A stretch of 49,920 nt of DNA from Eubacteriales bacterium (GCA_045593985.1 JAZNXR010000095.1:1-49920), one strand, 5' to 3'. Counted from the stretch's first letter, positions 8,776-18,512 are shown. Notes: generated by a model from the sequence alone, not told the origin. Numbers and translations are program-made.

Positions 8776-9363
8776 TTACTCCAATCTGAACGAGCGTCGA
8801 TGGTCGGGGGTTATTCCGTATTTTCTGATCGCCTCGTAGTGCTCCTTTGTGGGATAGCCTTTGTGCTTTGCAAAGCCGTATTCGGGATATTTTTTATCAA
8901 GCTCAAGGCAGGAGCGATCACGCTCTACCTTTGCAAGAATTGATGCCGCTGCGATGCTGGGGCTTTTACTGTCTCCCTTCACTATCGCCTTTGCGGGTAT
9001 TGTGAATCCCCGTGTTTGATTTCCGTCGACGAGCACGAAGTCTGGCTTGGGATCAAGCATCTCGATCGCTCTGCGCATCGCAAGAAGCGCGGCGTTAAGT
9101 ATATTAAGCTCGTCTATCTCGGCAGGGGTTGCGTACGCAATGCCGTAGCTTATTGCCTCTGCCTTGATTATATCATAAAGCTTGTCACGCTTTTTCTCGG
9201 TGAGCTTTTTACTGTCGTTCAGCCCTTCAATAACAAGCCCCTGCGGAAGAATTACCGCTGCGGCATAAACGCAGCCTGCAAGCGGGCCTCGTCCTGCCTC
9301 GTCTGTACCGCAGACAACGGCATAGCCATCTTCGATTGCCTCGTTTTCGAAATAGTAGTCCAT
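8776..9363 (-). CDS. rnhB: Ribonuclease HII
   Basis: GTDEAGRGPLAG, DSKKL, VDGN, SIAAASILAKV and HKGY motifs. Confidence 0.98.
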   Translation of the reverse strand: MDYYFENEAIEDGYAVVCGTDEAGRGPLAGCVYAAAVILPQGLVIEGLNDSKKLTEKKRDKLYDIIKAEAISYGIAYATPAEIDELNILNAALLAMRRAIEMLDPKPDFVLVDGNQTRGFTIPAKAIVKGDSKSPSIAAASILAKVERDRSCLELDKKYPEYGFAKHKGYPTKEHYEAIRKYGITPDHRRSFRLE

Positions 9364-9370
9364 AAATTAA

Positions 9371-9405
9371 TACGGGGAATCAAAGCTATTCCCCGTAATC
9401 CTCTC
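9371..9405 (-). promoter_or_regulatory. Perfect 10-bp hairpin between an SD and the rnhB start codon
   Basis: Minus strand reads GAGAGGA-T-[TACGGGGAAT-agctttg-ATTCCCCGTA]-TTAATTT-ATG. Confidence 0.7.
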
Positions 9406-9418
9406 AAAACAAATTTGT

Positions 9419-10282
9419 TTACGGCTCCTCGAGTGTCATTCTGCCGATTTTTCCGCCTCTGAATTCATCAAGAAGCATAACGGCAGTTCTCTCGGTATTT
9501 ATTTCTCCGCCGCTGACGAGAAATCCCCGTTTTCTGCCAATCAACTCAAACAGGTCGTAATCGATCATATCGGCGTACTGTGCCATATCTCCGAGCTTAT
9601 ATCTTGCCGAAAGAAGCTCGGGATATTTTTTTCTTAAACGTGCACAAAGGATAACCGCTATTCTTTCCTGGTCGAGAATTTCGTCTCTTATTGCGCCTGT
9701 CAGGGCGAGATTTTCGCCGACCGTCTGATCCTCAAACTTAGGCCAAAGCACGCCCGGGGTATCGAGAAGCTCGATGCCGTATTTGGTTGTTATCCACTGT
9801 TTATCACGAGTAACGCCGGGGCGATCCTCGACCTTTGCACGCTTACCGCCTGCAAGACGATTTATAAGGGAGGATTTTCCTACGTTCGGGATCCCTGCGA
9901 TCATTACACGCAGAGTCTTTCCCTTCATTCCCTTGTTTTCATAGCGAGCAAGCTTTTCGGAAAGCAGCTCACGGATCTTATCGGGAATTTCGCTGATCCC
10001 CGCACCTGTTGTACTGTCTATAAAGAGGCAAGCTTTTCCCTCTTTTTCGTAATGTCTTCTCCAACGAGCAATAGATTCGGGATCGGAAAGCGTTGACTTG
10101 CTGAAAAGAGTAAGTACCGGCTTGCTTCCGACTATCTTATGAAGCTCGGGGTTCTTTGAGCTTATCGGAATTCGCGCATCGAGAATTTCGATGACCGCAT
10201 CAACCTGCGGCAGCATCTCCTTCATCATTCTGCGTGTTTTCGCCATATGCCCGGGGAACCATTGTATCAGCTCTGACGGCAT
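9419..10282 (-). CDS. rbgA: Ribosome biogenesis GTPase RbgA/YlqF
   Basis: [29 protein letters not shown] and LDTPG motifs. Confidence 0.98.
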   Translation of the reverse strand: MPSELIQWFPGHMAKTRRMMKEMLPQVDAVIEILDARIPISSKNPELHKIVGSKPVLTLFSKSTLSDPESIARWRRHYEKEGKACLFIDSTTGAGISEIPDKIRELLSEKLARYENKGMKGKTLRVMIAGIPNVGKSSLINRLAGGKRAKVEDRPGVTRDKQWITTKYGIELLDTPGVLWPKFEDQTVGENLALTGAIRDEILDQERIAVILCARLRKKYPELLSARYKLGDMAQYADMIDYDLFELIGRKRGFLVSGGEINTERTAVMLLDEFRGGKIGRMTLEEP

Positions 10283-10296
10283 TTTTTCACCTTCAA

Positions 10297-10881
10297 TTAT
10301 TTTATCGGGCCAAGATTTTTATAGGGCAGGAAGCGATAAACGACCTTACCTATGATATATCTTTCGTCGATCAGTCCGACATGATAGAATCGGCTGTCAA
10401 GAGAATTGTTTCTGTTATCACCGAGGACGAATACGTGTCCTTCGGGAACGATAATTTCGTCGGTGTCGTATTGCCAACCGACCATATCGACTGATCCGAT
10501 TACAAGATACGGCTCTTCGATAGCTGAACCGTTTACGATTATTTTCCAGTTTTCAAGATCGAGCCTGACGGTATCTCCCTCAAGCGCAATAACTCTTTTA
10601 ACAAGAGGCTTATCGAGTCCGTAATTCTCCGACTGGCAGACAACAATATCGTTGTATCGGGGAGAGTAGAATAACTGGCGAACAAGAATTTTATCATTAT
10701 TTGAGAGTGTCGGGTACATAGAGTTTCCCTCAACCACCGCAATTCTTGCGACAAATGAGAAAAGCACAAATACAGCAGCAACCGAAATTATAAATATCTC
10801 AAGCCATTCAAAAATCACCGCTGATGGCTTTCTCGGCTCATATTCATCTTCATGATAATGGTGATGGTCTAAATTTATCAA
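10297..10881 (-). CDS. lepB: Signal peptidase I
   Basis: GNSMYPTL (catalytic Ser), LVKRVI (catalytic Lys), [14 protein letters not shown] start overlaps the upstream stop. Confidence 0.95.
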   Translation of the reverse strand: MINLDHHHYHEDEYEPRKPSAVIFEWLEIFIISVAAVFVLFSFVARIAVVEGNSMYPTLSNNDKILVRQLFYSPRYNDIVVCQSENYGLDKPLVKRVIALEGDTVRLDLENWKIIVNGSAIEEPYLVIGSVDMVGWQYDTDEIIVPEGHVFVLGDNRNNSLDSRFYHVGLIDERYIIGKVVYRFLPYKNLGPIK

Positions 10882-12098
10882 GATTTTTTCCGCCTTATCG
10901 TTAATTTTATAAGCAAGGACATAAGCTCATGTCCTTTGGGTAGATAGTTTTTCTTCATTGCTGCACTCTTTTCGTTGAAGGAGGCAACACCGTCATTTTC
11001 CTCATAGGAACGGTAAATCATGAAGGGTACGGGATCGATCGTATGAGTTCTTTTCACAATCGGCGTTGGATGGTCGGGCAAAATCATTATTGAGAAGTCC
11101 TCGCCGCTATTACTCAAATACTCGTATATCGGCTTGAGAATTCTCTCGCTAATATATCCGATACAGGTTATCTTATTGTCTCTTTCTGCGCGGTGTCCAC
11201 ATTCGTCGGGGCCTTCTACGTGGAGGTAAACCAAATCCTTTCCGCGCTTGAAGGCATCAATTGCGGCGTTAGCCTTGCCCTCGTAATTTGTTTTATAATT
11301 TCCCGTTGCGCCCTCGACGTCAACCGATTCCATTTCGGCGCAAATACCGATTCCCTTGATTAAGTCGACCGCAGAAATTACCGTTGCATCCACGCCCCAC
11401 TTTTCCTTAAATGAGGATAATGCAGGCTTCGCTCCCGGGCTCCAGAGCCATATTGAATTTGCGGGCTTGAGTCCACGCGCCTTACGGGAAAGGTTTACGG
11501 GGTGATCCTTAAGCACCTTATAGCTTTCACGAATAAGGGTGGCGTATGGCTCGGGGGGCATTTTGTCTCTTACGCCCTGACCGAGAAAATCGTGGGGGCG
11601 GTTGAAGTCGGTGTATGCGGGAGGATTATTCCAAATCATACAGTGGCGGTAGCTTACACCGGGATAAAAGGCTCTGTTTTCAGTCTTAAACGCCTCATGA
11701 AGCGCCTTGACAAGCTCGCTTGCCTCCTCCGTCGTTATTTCATCGGCAGAGTGGTCGAGCATTATTTTATCATCGTAATTTTCCTCTTCCTCGGAAACCG
11801 TTACGATATTACAACGGAAGGCGATATCGCCTTCTTTCATTGTTAGTCTCATAGACATCGCCTCAAGAGGCGAGCGTCCCTTCGAGTATATCGCAGGATC
11901 GTAGGAGAGGATCGCAAGATTTGCCGTATCGCTCTCGGGAACCATATGCGACGGGACGTTTGATACGGTACCGACTATCGACACCCTTGCGAGCGCATCA
12001 AGCGTTGGCTTGCTTGCACATTCAAACGGGGTTTTATCACCAAGCTCGGAGATCGGATAATCTGCCGCACCATCGGGAATAAGCACGAGATATTTCAT
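10878..12098 (-). CDS. apgM: Cofactor-independent phosphoglycerate mutase family protein (ApgM/AlkP superfamily)
   Basis: PDGAAD, PESDTANL, GRSPLEA, HVEGPDECGH, PDHPTP and RTH motifs. Confidence 0.9.
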   Translation of the reverse strand: MKYLVLIPDGAADYPISELGDKTPFECASKPTLDALARVSIVGTVSNVPSHMVPESDTANLAILSYDPAIYSKGRSPLEAMSMRLTMKEGDIAFRCNIVTVSEEEENYDDKIMLDHSADEITTEEASELVKALHEAFKTENRAFYPGVSYRHCMIWNNPPAYTDFNRPHDFLGQGVRDKMPPEPYATLIRESYKVLKDHPVNLSRKARGLKPANSIWLWSPGAKPALSSFKEKWGVDATVISAVDLIKGIGICAEMESVDVEGATGNYKTNYEGKANAAIDAFKRGKDLVYLHVEGPDECGHRAERDNKITCIGYISERILKPIYEYLSNSGEDFSIMILPDHPTPIVKRTHTIDPVPFMIYRSYEENDGVASFNEKSAAMKKNYLPKGHELMSLLIKLTIRRKKS

Positions 12099-12131
12099 AG
12101 GTTTGCCTTCTTTTGTGATACTATATCCTTC

Positions 12132-12160
12132 ATTATATCACACAGTCTTAAATTATACAA
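12132..12160 (-). promoter_or_regulatory. sigmaA promoter of the apgM-lepB-rbgA-rnhB-HAD operon
   Basis: Minus strand TTGTAT-N17-TATAAT with TG extension. Confidence 0.7.
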
Positions 12161-12199
12161 GTAAAATTTTTATTATTTTAAACAAATAGCAGAGAAAAA

Positions 12200-12228
12200 A
12201 CTGCCGAAAAGCGATGCTTTTCGGCAGT
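12200..12228 (-). terminator. Intrinsic terminator of the GH78 gene
   Basis: ACTGCCGAAAAGC-gat-GCTTTTCGGCAGT, with a T tract on the minus strand. Confidence 0.88.
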
Positions 12229-12236
12229 GTAAAATT

Positions 12237-14684
12237 TTAATTCGGAACCTTTACGGAATACCTTCCGCCATTTAGCGTAAACTCAAGCCGTTCGCCGTTG
12301 CGCACTGCATTAAGATCGTCCTTCGTCATCTTAAAACCGCCGAAATACAGTACATCCGTTTCCGATACAATACTCACTTTTGCGCATGTGCCATCAGGAA
12401 TAACGAAATCGTATACGAAGCTTCCGTTTTCGTTTTTCCAACCGCTTTCTATTTTTCCTGCACGTGAATCATAGGTAGCACGGGCAAAGTTTATTCTCTT
12501 TTGTCCGCTTGGCAAGGTCTTGCGAAAATCGGGATTGGGCGCGAGAATGAAGCTTTCAAATGCAGGATGATCGGGATCGGGCTGTATTCCGCAGATACCG
12601 CTGTAAAACCATTCCGCAACCGCTCCGTATGAATAGTGGTTAAAGGAGTTCATCGAAACGTCGCCAAAGCCCTTTTCCTTATTGTATGAATTCCATCTTT
12701 CCCATACCGTCGTTGCGCCTTGGCGAACCGAATAGAGCCAGCTCGGATCCTTTGTCTGAAGCAAAAGCGAATAGCAAAGATCGTGCAGGCCGACCTTTGA
12801 GAGAGTCTGATTTAGTATTCCCGTTCCGACAAAGCCGGTGCTTAAGGTGTAGTCGTTATCGACAATAAGTTTGCGAAGCTCGGATATGAGCGATTCCTTC
12901 ATTTCGCCGTCGACCATATCGAAAGCAAGCGGAAGAAGATGCGATGTCTGAGTTCTGACGGTCAATGCGCCGTCAAGCACATACTTCTCCTTCCAGTAAG
13001 CAATAATGCGCTCACGCAGGTCGTCATAGTATTTAACCCGGTCTTTCTTTCCCAGTATGCTACTGAAGCTACTCATCAGAAGTGCATCGTAGGCATAGTA
13101 GCAAACGCCGATATACTTACCGTCGGTTTCATCATAATTGAGCCAGTCGCCGAATGTCGGATTCGGACCATCAAGGCCGAATCTTTCGAGGTACTTCATA
13201 TAGCTTTCCATCGAACCAAAGTGCTCGATAACGGTCGATCTATCTCCATACATGAGCCACAAGCGATAAGGAACGATAATTCCCGCGTCTCCCCACGCGG
13301 CGTCTGCCCTTTCCCTCCATCCAAGATATGGAATGACAGACGAATATGCGCCTTCCAAGGTCTTTTGTGAGTCTCTTGCGTCACCGAGCCACTTGCGCAT
13401 AAATTGGTTAATATCCGCCATATATGATGCAGCGCCGCAGAATATCTGCGTGTCTCCCGTCCAACCGAGACGCTCGTCCCGCTGAGGACAGTCTGTGGGA
13501 ATTGACAGGTAGTTTCCTCTCATTCCCCAGAGAGCGTTTGAATAAAGGCGGTTTACCTCATCGTTATCACAAACAAAGCTTCCCGTTTCGGCAATATCTG
13601 AGCCAACGACCTCACCGATCACGCCGCGAAGTGTAATATCTCCGTCAGCGAAGATCTCGATGTATCTGAAGCCGTAGAAAACGTGTCTGGGCGAGCAGAT
13701 TTCACGCTTTGCACCAGATGAAACGATAATATATCGGGACAAGGCAGAACGATAATTTTCGATATACAAGCTTCCCTTCGGCCCGTCGTTTCCGCGACTG
13801 CGGTCGCCGCTGTCGTTTAGCATCTCGGCGAAAAGAGTTTCGATTCTCGTTCCGCGCTCGGCACTCAGCTCATATTTGGGCCAACCGACCAGATTCTGAC
13901 CGAAGTCTATAACAAGATGTTCTCCCGCCTTGATGAATATGTCCTTACAGCCATTATTATACTCGGACACTATATTGACTTCGCCCATATCGCTTCCGTT
14001 ATCGACTGTGCCGTCATAAATATATCCGCATACAGGCGAAAGCGAAAGCTCGTCTCTTACGCGAACGTCGTCACCTTCAAACGGTACAATCTCTCCTTCA
14101 AAGCCGTCAAAAAGAATAGCATTTTCCCAAGTATAATAATCAGGATCGGTCGACGGATGAGGAAGCGTCATATCATCGTATTGACCGTCCCAGATATCTG
14201 CGCGGCGGATCTGTCCGCCGACCATCACTTGCCAGCTTTCATCCGAGGAAATTATCTCGCTTTCACCGTCGCAGTAGATTATCTCCACCTCGCCCGCAAA
14301 GGCGTTCGGCCTGAATCCGTACATGCCGCAGCTTATCCGTCCGTTCCACCAGCCCGAAGAAATTTCGCAAACAAAAACGTTTTTTTCGAGGCAGAGCTCC
14401 GTTATATCGTATTCACATTCAAACACTCTGAATCTATAATCCGTCCAACCGGGTAGCATCTCATCATTACCTACGCGTTTGCCGTTTACATACAGACAAA
14501 AAATTCCGAGCGCAGTCGCACGCAAAATGACACGCTCAACATCTTTATGAATCGAAAAATCCTTTTTTACGTTAAGCAATCCGTTACCCGGCTCAAGAGT
14601 CAGAGCGCGGTTATTTTTTCCCTCGATTCTTTCGGTAAAAGGAGCGGAATGTCCTTGTTTCGTAATAAATTTAGCGCTTTTCAT
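12237..14684 (-). CDS. Glycoside hydrolase family 78 (alpha-L-rhamnosidase-like), about 815 aa, no signal peptide
   Basis: ATALG, PGWTDY, DFGQNLVG, GFRY, PTDCPQRDERLGWTGD, GATTVWERW and SFNHY motifs. True start is the ATG at 14684 after SD GGAGG; the ORF-track start at 15290 is an artefact. Confidence 0.93.
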   Translation of the reverse strand: MKSAKFITKQGHSAPFTERIEGKNNRALTLEPGNGLLNVKKDFSIHKDVERVILRATALGIFCLYVNGKRVGNDEMLPGWTDYRFRVFECEYDITELCLEKNVFVCEISSGWWNGRISCGMYGFRPNAFAGEVEIIYCDGESEIISSDESWQVMVGGQIRRADIWDGQYDDMTLPHPSTDPDYYTWENAILFDGFEGEIVPFEGDDVRVRDELSLSPVCGYIYDGTVDNGSDMGEVNIVSEYNNGCKDIFIKAGEHLVIDFGQNLVGWPKYELSAERGTRIETLFAEMLNDSGDRSRGNDGPKGSLYIENYRSALSRYIIVSSGAKREICSPRHVFYGFRYIEIFADGDITLRGVIGEVVGSDIAETGSFVCDNDEVNRLYSNALWGMRGNYLSIPTDCPQRDERLGWTGDTQIFCGAASYMADINQFMRKWLGDARDSQKTLEGAYSSVIPYLGWRERADAAWGDAGIIVPYRLWLMYGDRSTVIEHFGSMESYMKYLERFGLDGPNPTFGDWLNYDETDGKYIGVCYYAYDALLMSSFSSILGKKDRVKYYDDLRERIIAYWKEKYVLDGALTVRTQTSHLLPLAFDMVDGEMKESLISELRKLIVDNDYTLSTGFVGTGILNQTLSKVGLHDLCYSLLLQTKDPSWLYSVRQGATTVWERWNSYNKEKGFGDVSMNSFNHYSYGAVAEWFYSGICGIQPDPDHPAFESFILAPNPDFRKTLPSGQKRINFARATYDSRAGKIESGWKNENGSFVYDFVIPDGTCAKVSIVSETDVLYFGGFKMTKDDLNAVRNGERLEFTLNGGRYSVKVPN

Positions 14685-14715
14685 TTTGTCCTCCGTTTGT
14701 CGAGTATTCAATATG

Positions 14716-14743
14716 ATTATATCATACCGAATGAGTATGTCAA
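14716..14743 (-). promoter_or_regulatory. sigmaA promoter of the GH78 gene with an overlapping inverted repeat
   Basis: Minus strand TTGACA-N16-TATAAT. CATAC-N7-GTATG palindrome spans the spacer. Confidence 0.7.
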
Positions 14744-14799
14744 TGTTGTTTTTTAATCTGAAAAGGCGTTTATATTTAATATTTTCTTCGATTTCCCAC

Positions 14800-14828
14800 T
14801 TGAAAATTAGATTGGGATGTAGTATAAT
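14800..14828 (+). promoter_or_regulatory. sigmaA promoter of LCP-glyQS
   Basis: TTGAAA-N17-TATAAT. Confidence 0.7.
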
Positions 14829-14867
14829 GTAATATGGTTTATAATGACCGAACATAAATGAAAGGTT

Positions 14868-15872
14868 GTGCCAATATTGAGCGCAGTAAGAAACTTTGTT
14901 ATAACACTCCTTATATCGCTTCTGATATTCGGACTTGTGGCGTTCGCTATTCTTGAATTTGCAGATTCCGCATTTGACCGTGGCGGCGATAATAGCGGCG
15001 GAAACAGCGGCGGTCAGCACGTAACGACAACTACCCCCAATCTGCCCCCTCCCCCTGATGGCTTTGATACTCTCAAGGGCGAGAGCATGACTGTCCTTTT
15101 CGTTATTACTGATTATCTGCCGAGCATCTATAACGATTACGAGTATGCAGACAAGCGTCCTGACGGCTTCGACGGCGAAGTGAGAGAAGTCGAAACCGAT
15201 ATAGTAATTCTTGCTCGAATCAACAAGGAAACGGGTGAGGCAATTTTCTGCCCCATTCCGACCATAACTCAAATAACCATAAACGGTCACGCAACAACGC
15301 TTAACAAGCTTTATTCAAAAAGAGGAATCACGGCGCTTCGTGAGCAGGTAACCTCGCTTACCGGTCTGCCGATCGATTTCCATATGATTGCGACTCTTGA
15401 CGCTATTTCTACCATCGTTGACAGCCTTGGAGGCCTTGAATTCCACGTTCCCAAGAACATGAATTACGCCGACCTTGATCTCGGTATTGAAATTGATCTC
15501 ATGTCAGGAACGCAGAGTCTTGGCGGAAGCGCAGTCTACGATATGCTTCTTTACAGCTCGCTTTGCGATGATGATGCGAGCCGTCAGCGTCTCGGATGTA
15601 ACTTCCTTAAGGCAATGATCAAGGAGTTTGTAACGAAAATTCCGATGAACAACTCCGCCAGCGTTTATCTCGATTATTCCGATCACATAACGTCTGACTT
15701 CACCGCCAATGAAATGAGCGAGAATGCAGACCTTATATACACCTTCACAAAATTGGCGATAAAGGATTATACATATCCCGGAACAACAACCGGAACGGGC
15801 GCTGATACGGTATTTACACCGAACTCCGCCAAGGCAATGGAATTTTTTGATCCTTACAAGTTCAAGGGTTAA
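14868..15872 (+). CDS. LCP (LytR-CpsA-Psr) family protein, divergent
   Basis: N-terminal TM segment, G/P/T linker, then ETDIVILARIN, LTGLPIDF, IVDSLGG, VPKNM.Y and GTQSL.G. Start may be the TTG at 14877. Confidence 0.85.
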   Translation: MPILSAVRNFVITLLISLLIFGLVAFAILEFADSAFDRGGDNSGGNSGGQHVTTTTPNLPPPPDGFDTLKGESMTVLFVITDYLPSIYNDYEYADKRPDGFDGEVREVETDIVILARINKETGEAIFCPIPTITQITINGHATTLNKLYSKRGITALREQVTSLTGLPIDFHMIATLDAISTIVDSLGGLEFHVPKNMNYADLDLGIEIDLMSGTQSLGGSAVYDMLLYSSLCDDDASRQRLGCNFLKAMIKEFVTKIPMNNSASVYLDYSDHITSDFTANEMSENADLIYTFTKLAIKDYTYPGTTTGTGADTVFTPNSAKAMEFFDPYKFKG

Positions 15873-15901
15873 GATAAAATGGCATAGGAAAGGAAACAAC
15901 A

Positions 15902-17323
15902 ATGCTTAACACAGAAAAAACAATGGACAAAATAGTCGCTCTTTGCAAGGGCAGAGGCTTCATATTTGCCGGCTCCGAAATTTACGGCGGCCTTGCTAAT
16001 ACCTGGGACTACGGCCCTCTCGGAGTTGAGCTTAAAAATAACATTAAGCGCGCTTGGTGGAAAAAGTTTGTTCAGGAAAACAAGTACAACGTCGGCCTTG
16101 ATGCCGCAATTCTTATGAATCCCCAGACTTGGGTCGCATCCGGACACCTTGCAGGATTTTCCGATCCTCTTATGGACTGTAAGGAATGTAAGGAGCGCTT
16201 CCGCGCTGACAAGCTCATCGAGGACTGGTGTGCTGAAACCGGATATGAGCTGCCCAAGCCGATTGATGCTTTTTCGCAGGAGGAAATGAAGGCGTTCGTT
16301 GAGGATAACAATATCCCCTGCCCGACCTGCGGCAAGCATAACTTTACCGATATCCGTCAGTTCAACCTTATGTTCAAGACCTTCCAGGGTGTAACCGAGG
16401 ACGCTAAAAATACCGTTTATCTCCGTCCCGAGACCGCACAGGGTATCTTCACTAACTTCGTAAACGTTCAGAGAACGACGAGAAAGAAGCTTCCCTTCGG
16501 TATCGCACAGGTCGGTAAATCCTTCCGTAACGAGATCACTCCCGGAAACTTCATTTTCCGCGTTCGTGAGTTCGAGCAGATGGAGCTTGAGTTCTTCTGC
16601 AAGCCCGGAACTGACCTTGAATGGTTCTCCTACTGGAGAAGCTTCTGCCATAATTGGCTTCTTGCTATCGGTCTTAAGGACGAAAACATTCGTCTTCGTG
16701 ACCACGATCCCGAGGAGCTTTGCTTCTACTCTAAGGCAACGACCGACTTCGAGTTCCTCTTCCCGTTTGGCTGGGGCGAGCTCTGGGGCGTTGCTGACCG
16801 TACCGATTACGACCTTACACAGCATCAGAACGTATCGGGTAAAGACCTTACCTATTTCGATCAGGAATCAAACGAGCATTATATTCCTTACGTTGTCGAG
16901 CCGTCTCTTGGCGTTGAAAGAACCGTCCTTTCGGTTCTCTGCGACGCTTACGACGAGGAAGTCGTTGACGCTGAAAAGAACGACGTAAGAACCGTTCTCC
17001 GTCTCCATCCGTTCCTTGCGCCCTTCAAGGCGGCAGTTCTCCCCCTCTCGAAGAAGCTCTCCGAGAAGGCGACTGAGATCTACGAGGAGCTTTCTAAGTA
17101 CTTCAGCGTTGACTACGACGACGCCGGCTCTATCGGTAAGAGATACCGCCGCGAGGACGAGATCGGAACTCCTCTCTGTATTACCGTTGACTTTGAAACG
17201 GTAGGTGACAGCGAGAAGGAGGGTGACAACTGCGTTACCGTCCGCGACCGCGACACTATGGAGCAGGTCCGTATCCCGATCACAGAGCTTCGTGCTTACA
17301 TCGAAAAGAAGATCGAATTCTGA
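15902..17323 (+). CDS. glyQS: Glycine--tRNA ligase (homodimeric alpha2 type)
   Basis: [43 protein letters not shown] and GSIGKRYRR motifs. Confidence 0.98.
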   Translation: MLNTEKTMDKIVALCKGRGFIFAGSEIYGGLANTWDYGPLGVELKNNIKRAWWKKFVQENKYNVGLDAAILMNPQTWVASGHLAGFSDPLMDCKECKERFRADKLIEDWCAETGYELPKPIDAFSQEEMKAFVEDNNIPCPTCGKHNFTDIRQFNLMFKTFQGVTEDAKNTVYLRPETAQGIFTNFVNVQRTTRKKLPFGIAQVGKSFRNEITPGNFIFRVREFEQMELEFFCKPGTDLEWFSYWRSFCHNWLLAIGLKDENIRLRDHDPEELCFYSKATTDFEFLFPFGWGELWGVADRTDYDLTQHQNVSGKDLTYFDQESNEHYIPYVVEPSLGVERTVLSVLCDAYDEEVVDAEKNDVRTVLRLHPFLAPFKAAVLPLSKKLSEKATEIYEELSKYFSVDYDDAGSIGKRYRREDEIGTPLCITVDFETVGDSEKEGDNCVTVRDRDTMEQVRIPITELRAYIEKKIEF

Positions 17324-17332
17324 TAACTGATA

Positions 17333-17371
17333 AAGCGATACTCGGTATAATGCCGGGTATCGCTTATTTTT
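17333..17371 (+). terminator. Intrinsic terminator of glyQS
   Basis: AAGCGATACTCGGTA-taa-TGCCGGGTATCGCTT followed by ATTTTT. Confidence 0.85.
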
Positions 17372-17413
17372 ATTAGACAACTATATTGACGTGCAGTCAA
17401 AGAGGACTCAAAA

Positions 17414-17965
17414 ATGAAATTAGTATTAATATTTGGAAATTCAGCCGTCGGAAAAATGACGGTCGGACAGGAACTCGCAAAGATAACGAACCTGAAACTA
17501 TTCCACAATCATATGACGATCGAGCCGGTTTTGGAAATATTCGGCAACTTTAATGTCAATGCGATCACAAGACTTCGCCGGGTAATTTTTGAAGAATTTG
17601 CCAAAACGGACAACTACGGTATGATTTTCACGTTCATGTGGGCATTGGACAGCGAAGAAGATAAAGAATATGTCACAGAGGTAAAAAAGATATTCGAAGC
17701 GTACGGAGCAGAGTTTTATCACGTTGAGCTGGTTTGTGATTTGGCGACGAGGTTGGAGCGAAACGTAACAGAAAACCGACTTCAAAACAAAGCTTCAAAG
17801 CGCGATATCGAGGAATCTGAAAAGCGACTTTTGAATGACGATAAAAAGCACCGATTCGAAAGCTATGACGGAGAATTTGATTTTGAAAATTATATCAAAA
17901 TCAACAACACAAACCTCTCTCCGGAAGTCGTTGCGAAAATGATTAAAGAAAAATTCGATCTGTGA
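17414..17965 (+). CDS. P-loop kinase (shikimate/nucleotide-kinase-like AAA family)
   Basis: N-terminal GNSAVGKMT P-loop variant, LFHNH, and lid RLERN...R. SD GAGG. Confidence 0.85.
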   Translation: MKLVLIFGNSAVGKMTVGQELAKITNLKLFHNHMTIEPVLEIFGNFNVNAITRLRRVIFEEFAKTDNYGMIFTFMWALDSEEDKEYVTEVKKIFEAYGAEFYHVELVCDLATRLERNVTENRLQNKASKRDIEESEKRLLNDDKKHRFESYDGEFDFENYIKINNTNLSPEVVAKMIKEKFDL

Positions 17966-17975
17966 AGGAGTCAAA

Positions 17976-18512
17976 ATGGAAAAAAACGATTGTGTTTTAA
18001 TAAGAGTTACCGCCGATTACGCAGAGCAGATTAAAGAATATCGGCAAGAGTTCCTTGACGCAGGCGACTCGATGGACGGCACGGGAGCGCTCCGAAGAAC
18101 GGCAGATCCTTATGAATTCATCAGAATGAGCATAGAACGTGAGGATCCTAAAAATGTTCCCGAAAACCTCGTGCCTGCGACGCAGTTTTTATTCATCCGC
18201 AAAGATGATAACCGTCTACTCGGAATGCTTCAGGTGCGGCACTGCTTCAACGACTATCTTGAGAAATATGCAGGTCATATCGGATACTCAGTAAGACCGA
18301 GTGAAAGACGCCGTGGCTATGCAAAGAAAATGCTGAAGGCAGCACTTCCCTTTTGCCGAGAGATCGGGCTAAAAAAGGTGCTTATCACTTGTATTGACGG
18401 CAATATTGGAAGTGAAAGAACAATCCTCGCCAATGGCGGCGTATATGAATCAACAGTACACGAGCCGAATGATAACGAGGACCTGAAAAGATTTTGGATA
18501 AGTTTGCAGTAA
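17976..18512 (+). CDS. GNAT family N-acetyltransferase
   Basis: GHIGYSVRPSERRRGYA acetyl-CoA motif and N.GSERTILANGG. SD AAGGAG. Confidence 0.93.
   Translation: MEKNDCVLIRVTADYAEQIKEYRQEFLDAGDSMDGTGALRRTADPYEFIRMSIEREDPKNVPENLVPATQFLFIRKDDNRLLGMLQVRHCFNDYLEKYAGHIGYSVRPSERRRGYAKKMLKAALPFCREIGLKKVLITCIDGNIGSERTILANGGVYESTVHEPNDNEDLKRFWISLQ

Noticed and set aside
14685-15290. 202-codon N-terminal extension of the GH78 ORF (1017 aa in the ORF track)
   Set aside because: It runs through two divergent promoters and in register antisense to the LCP gene. A good SD and ATG at 14684 and a dedicated promoter define the real start.
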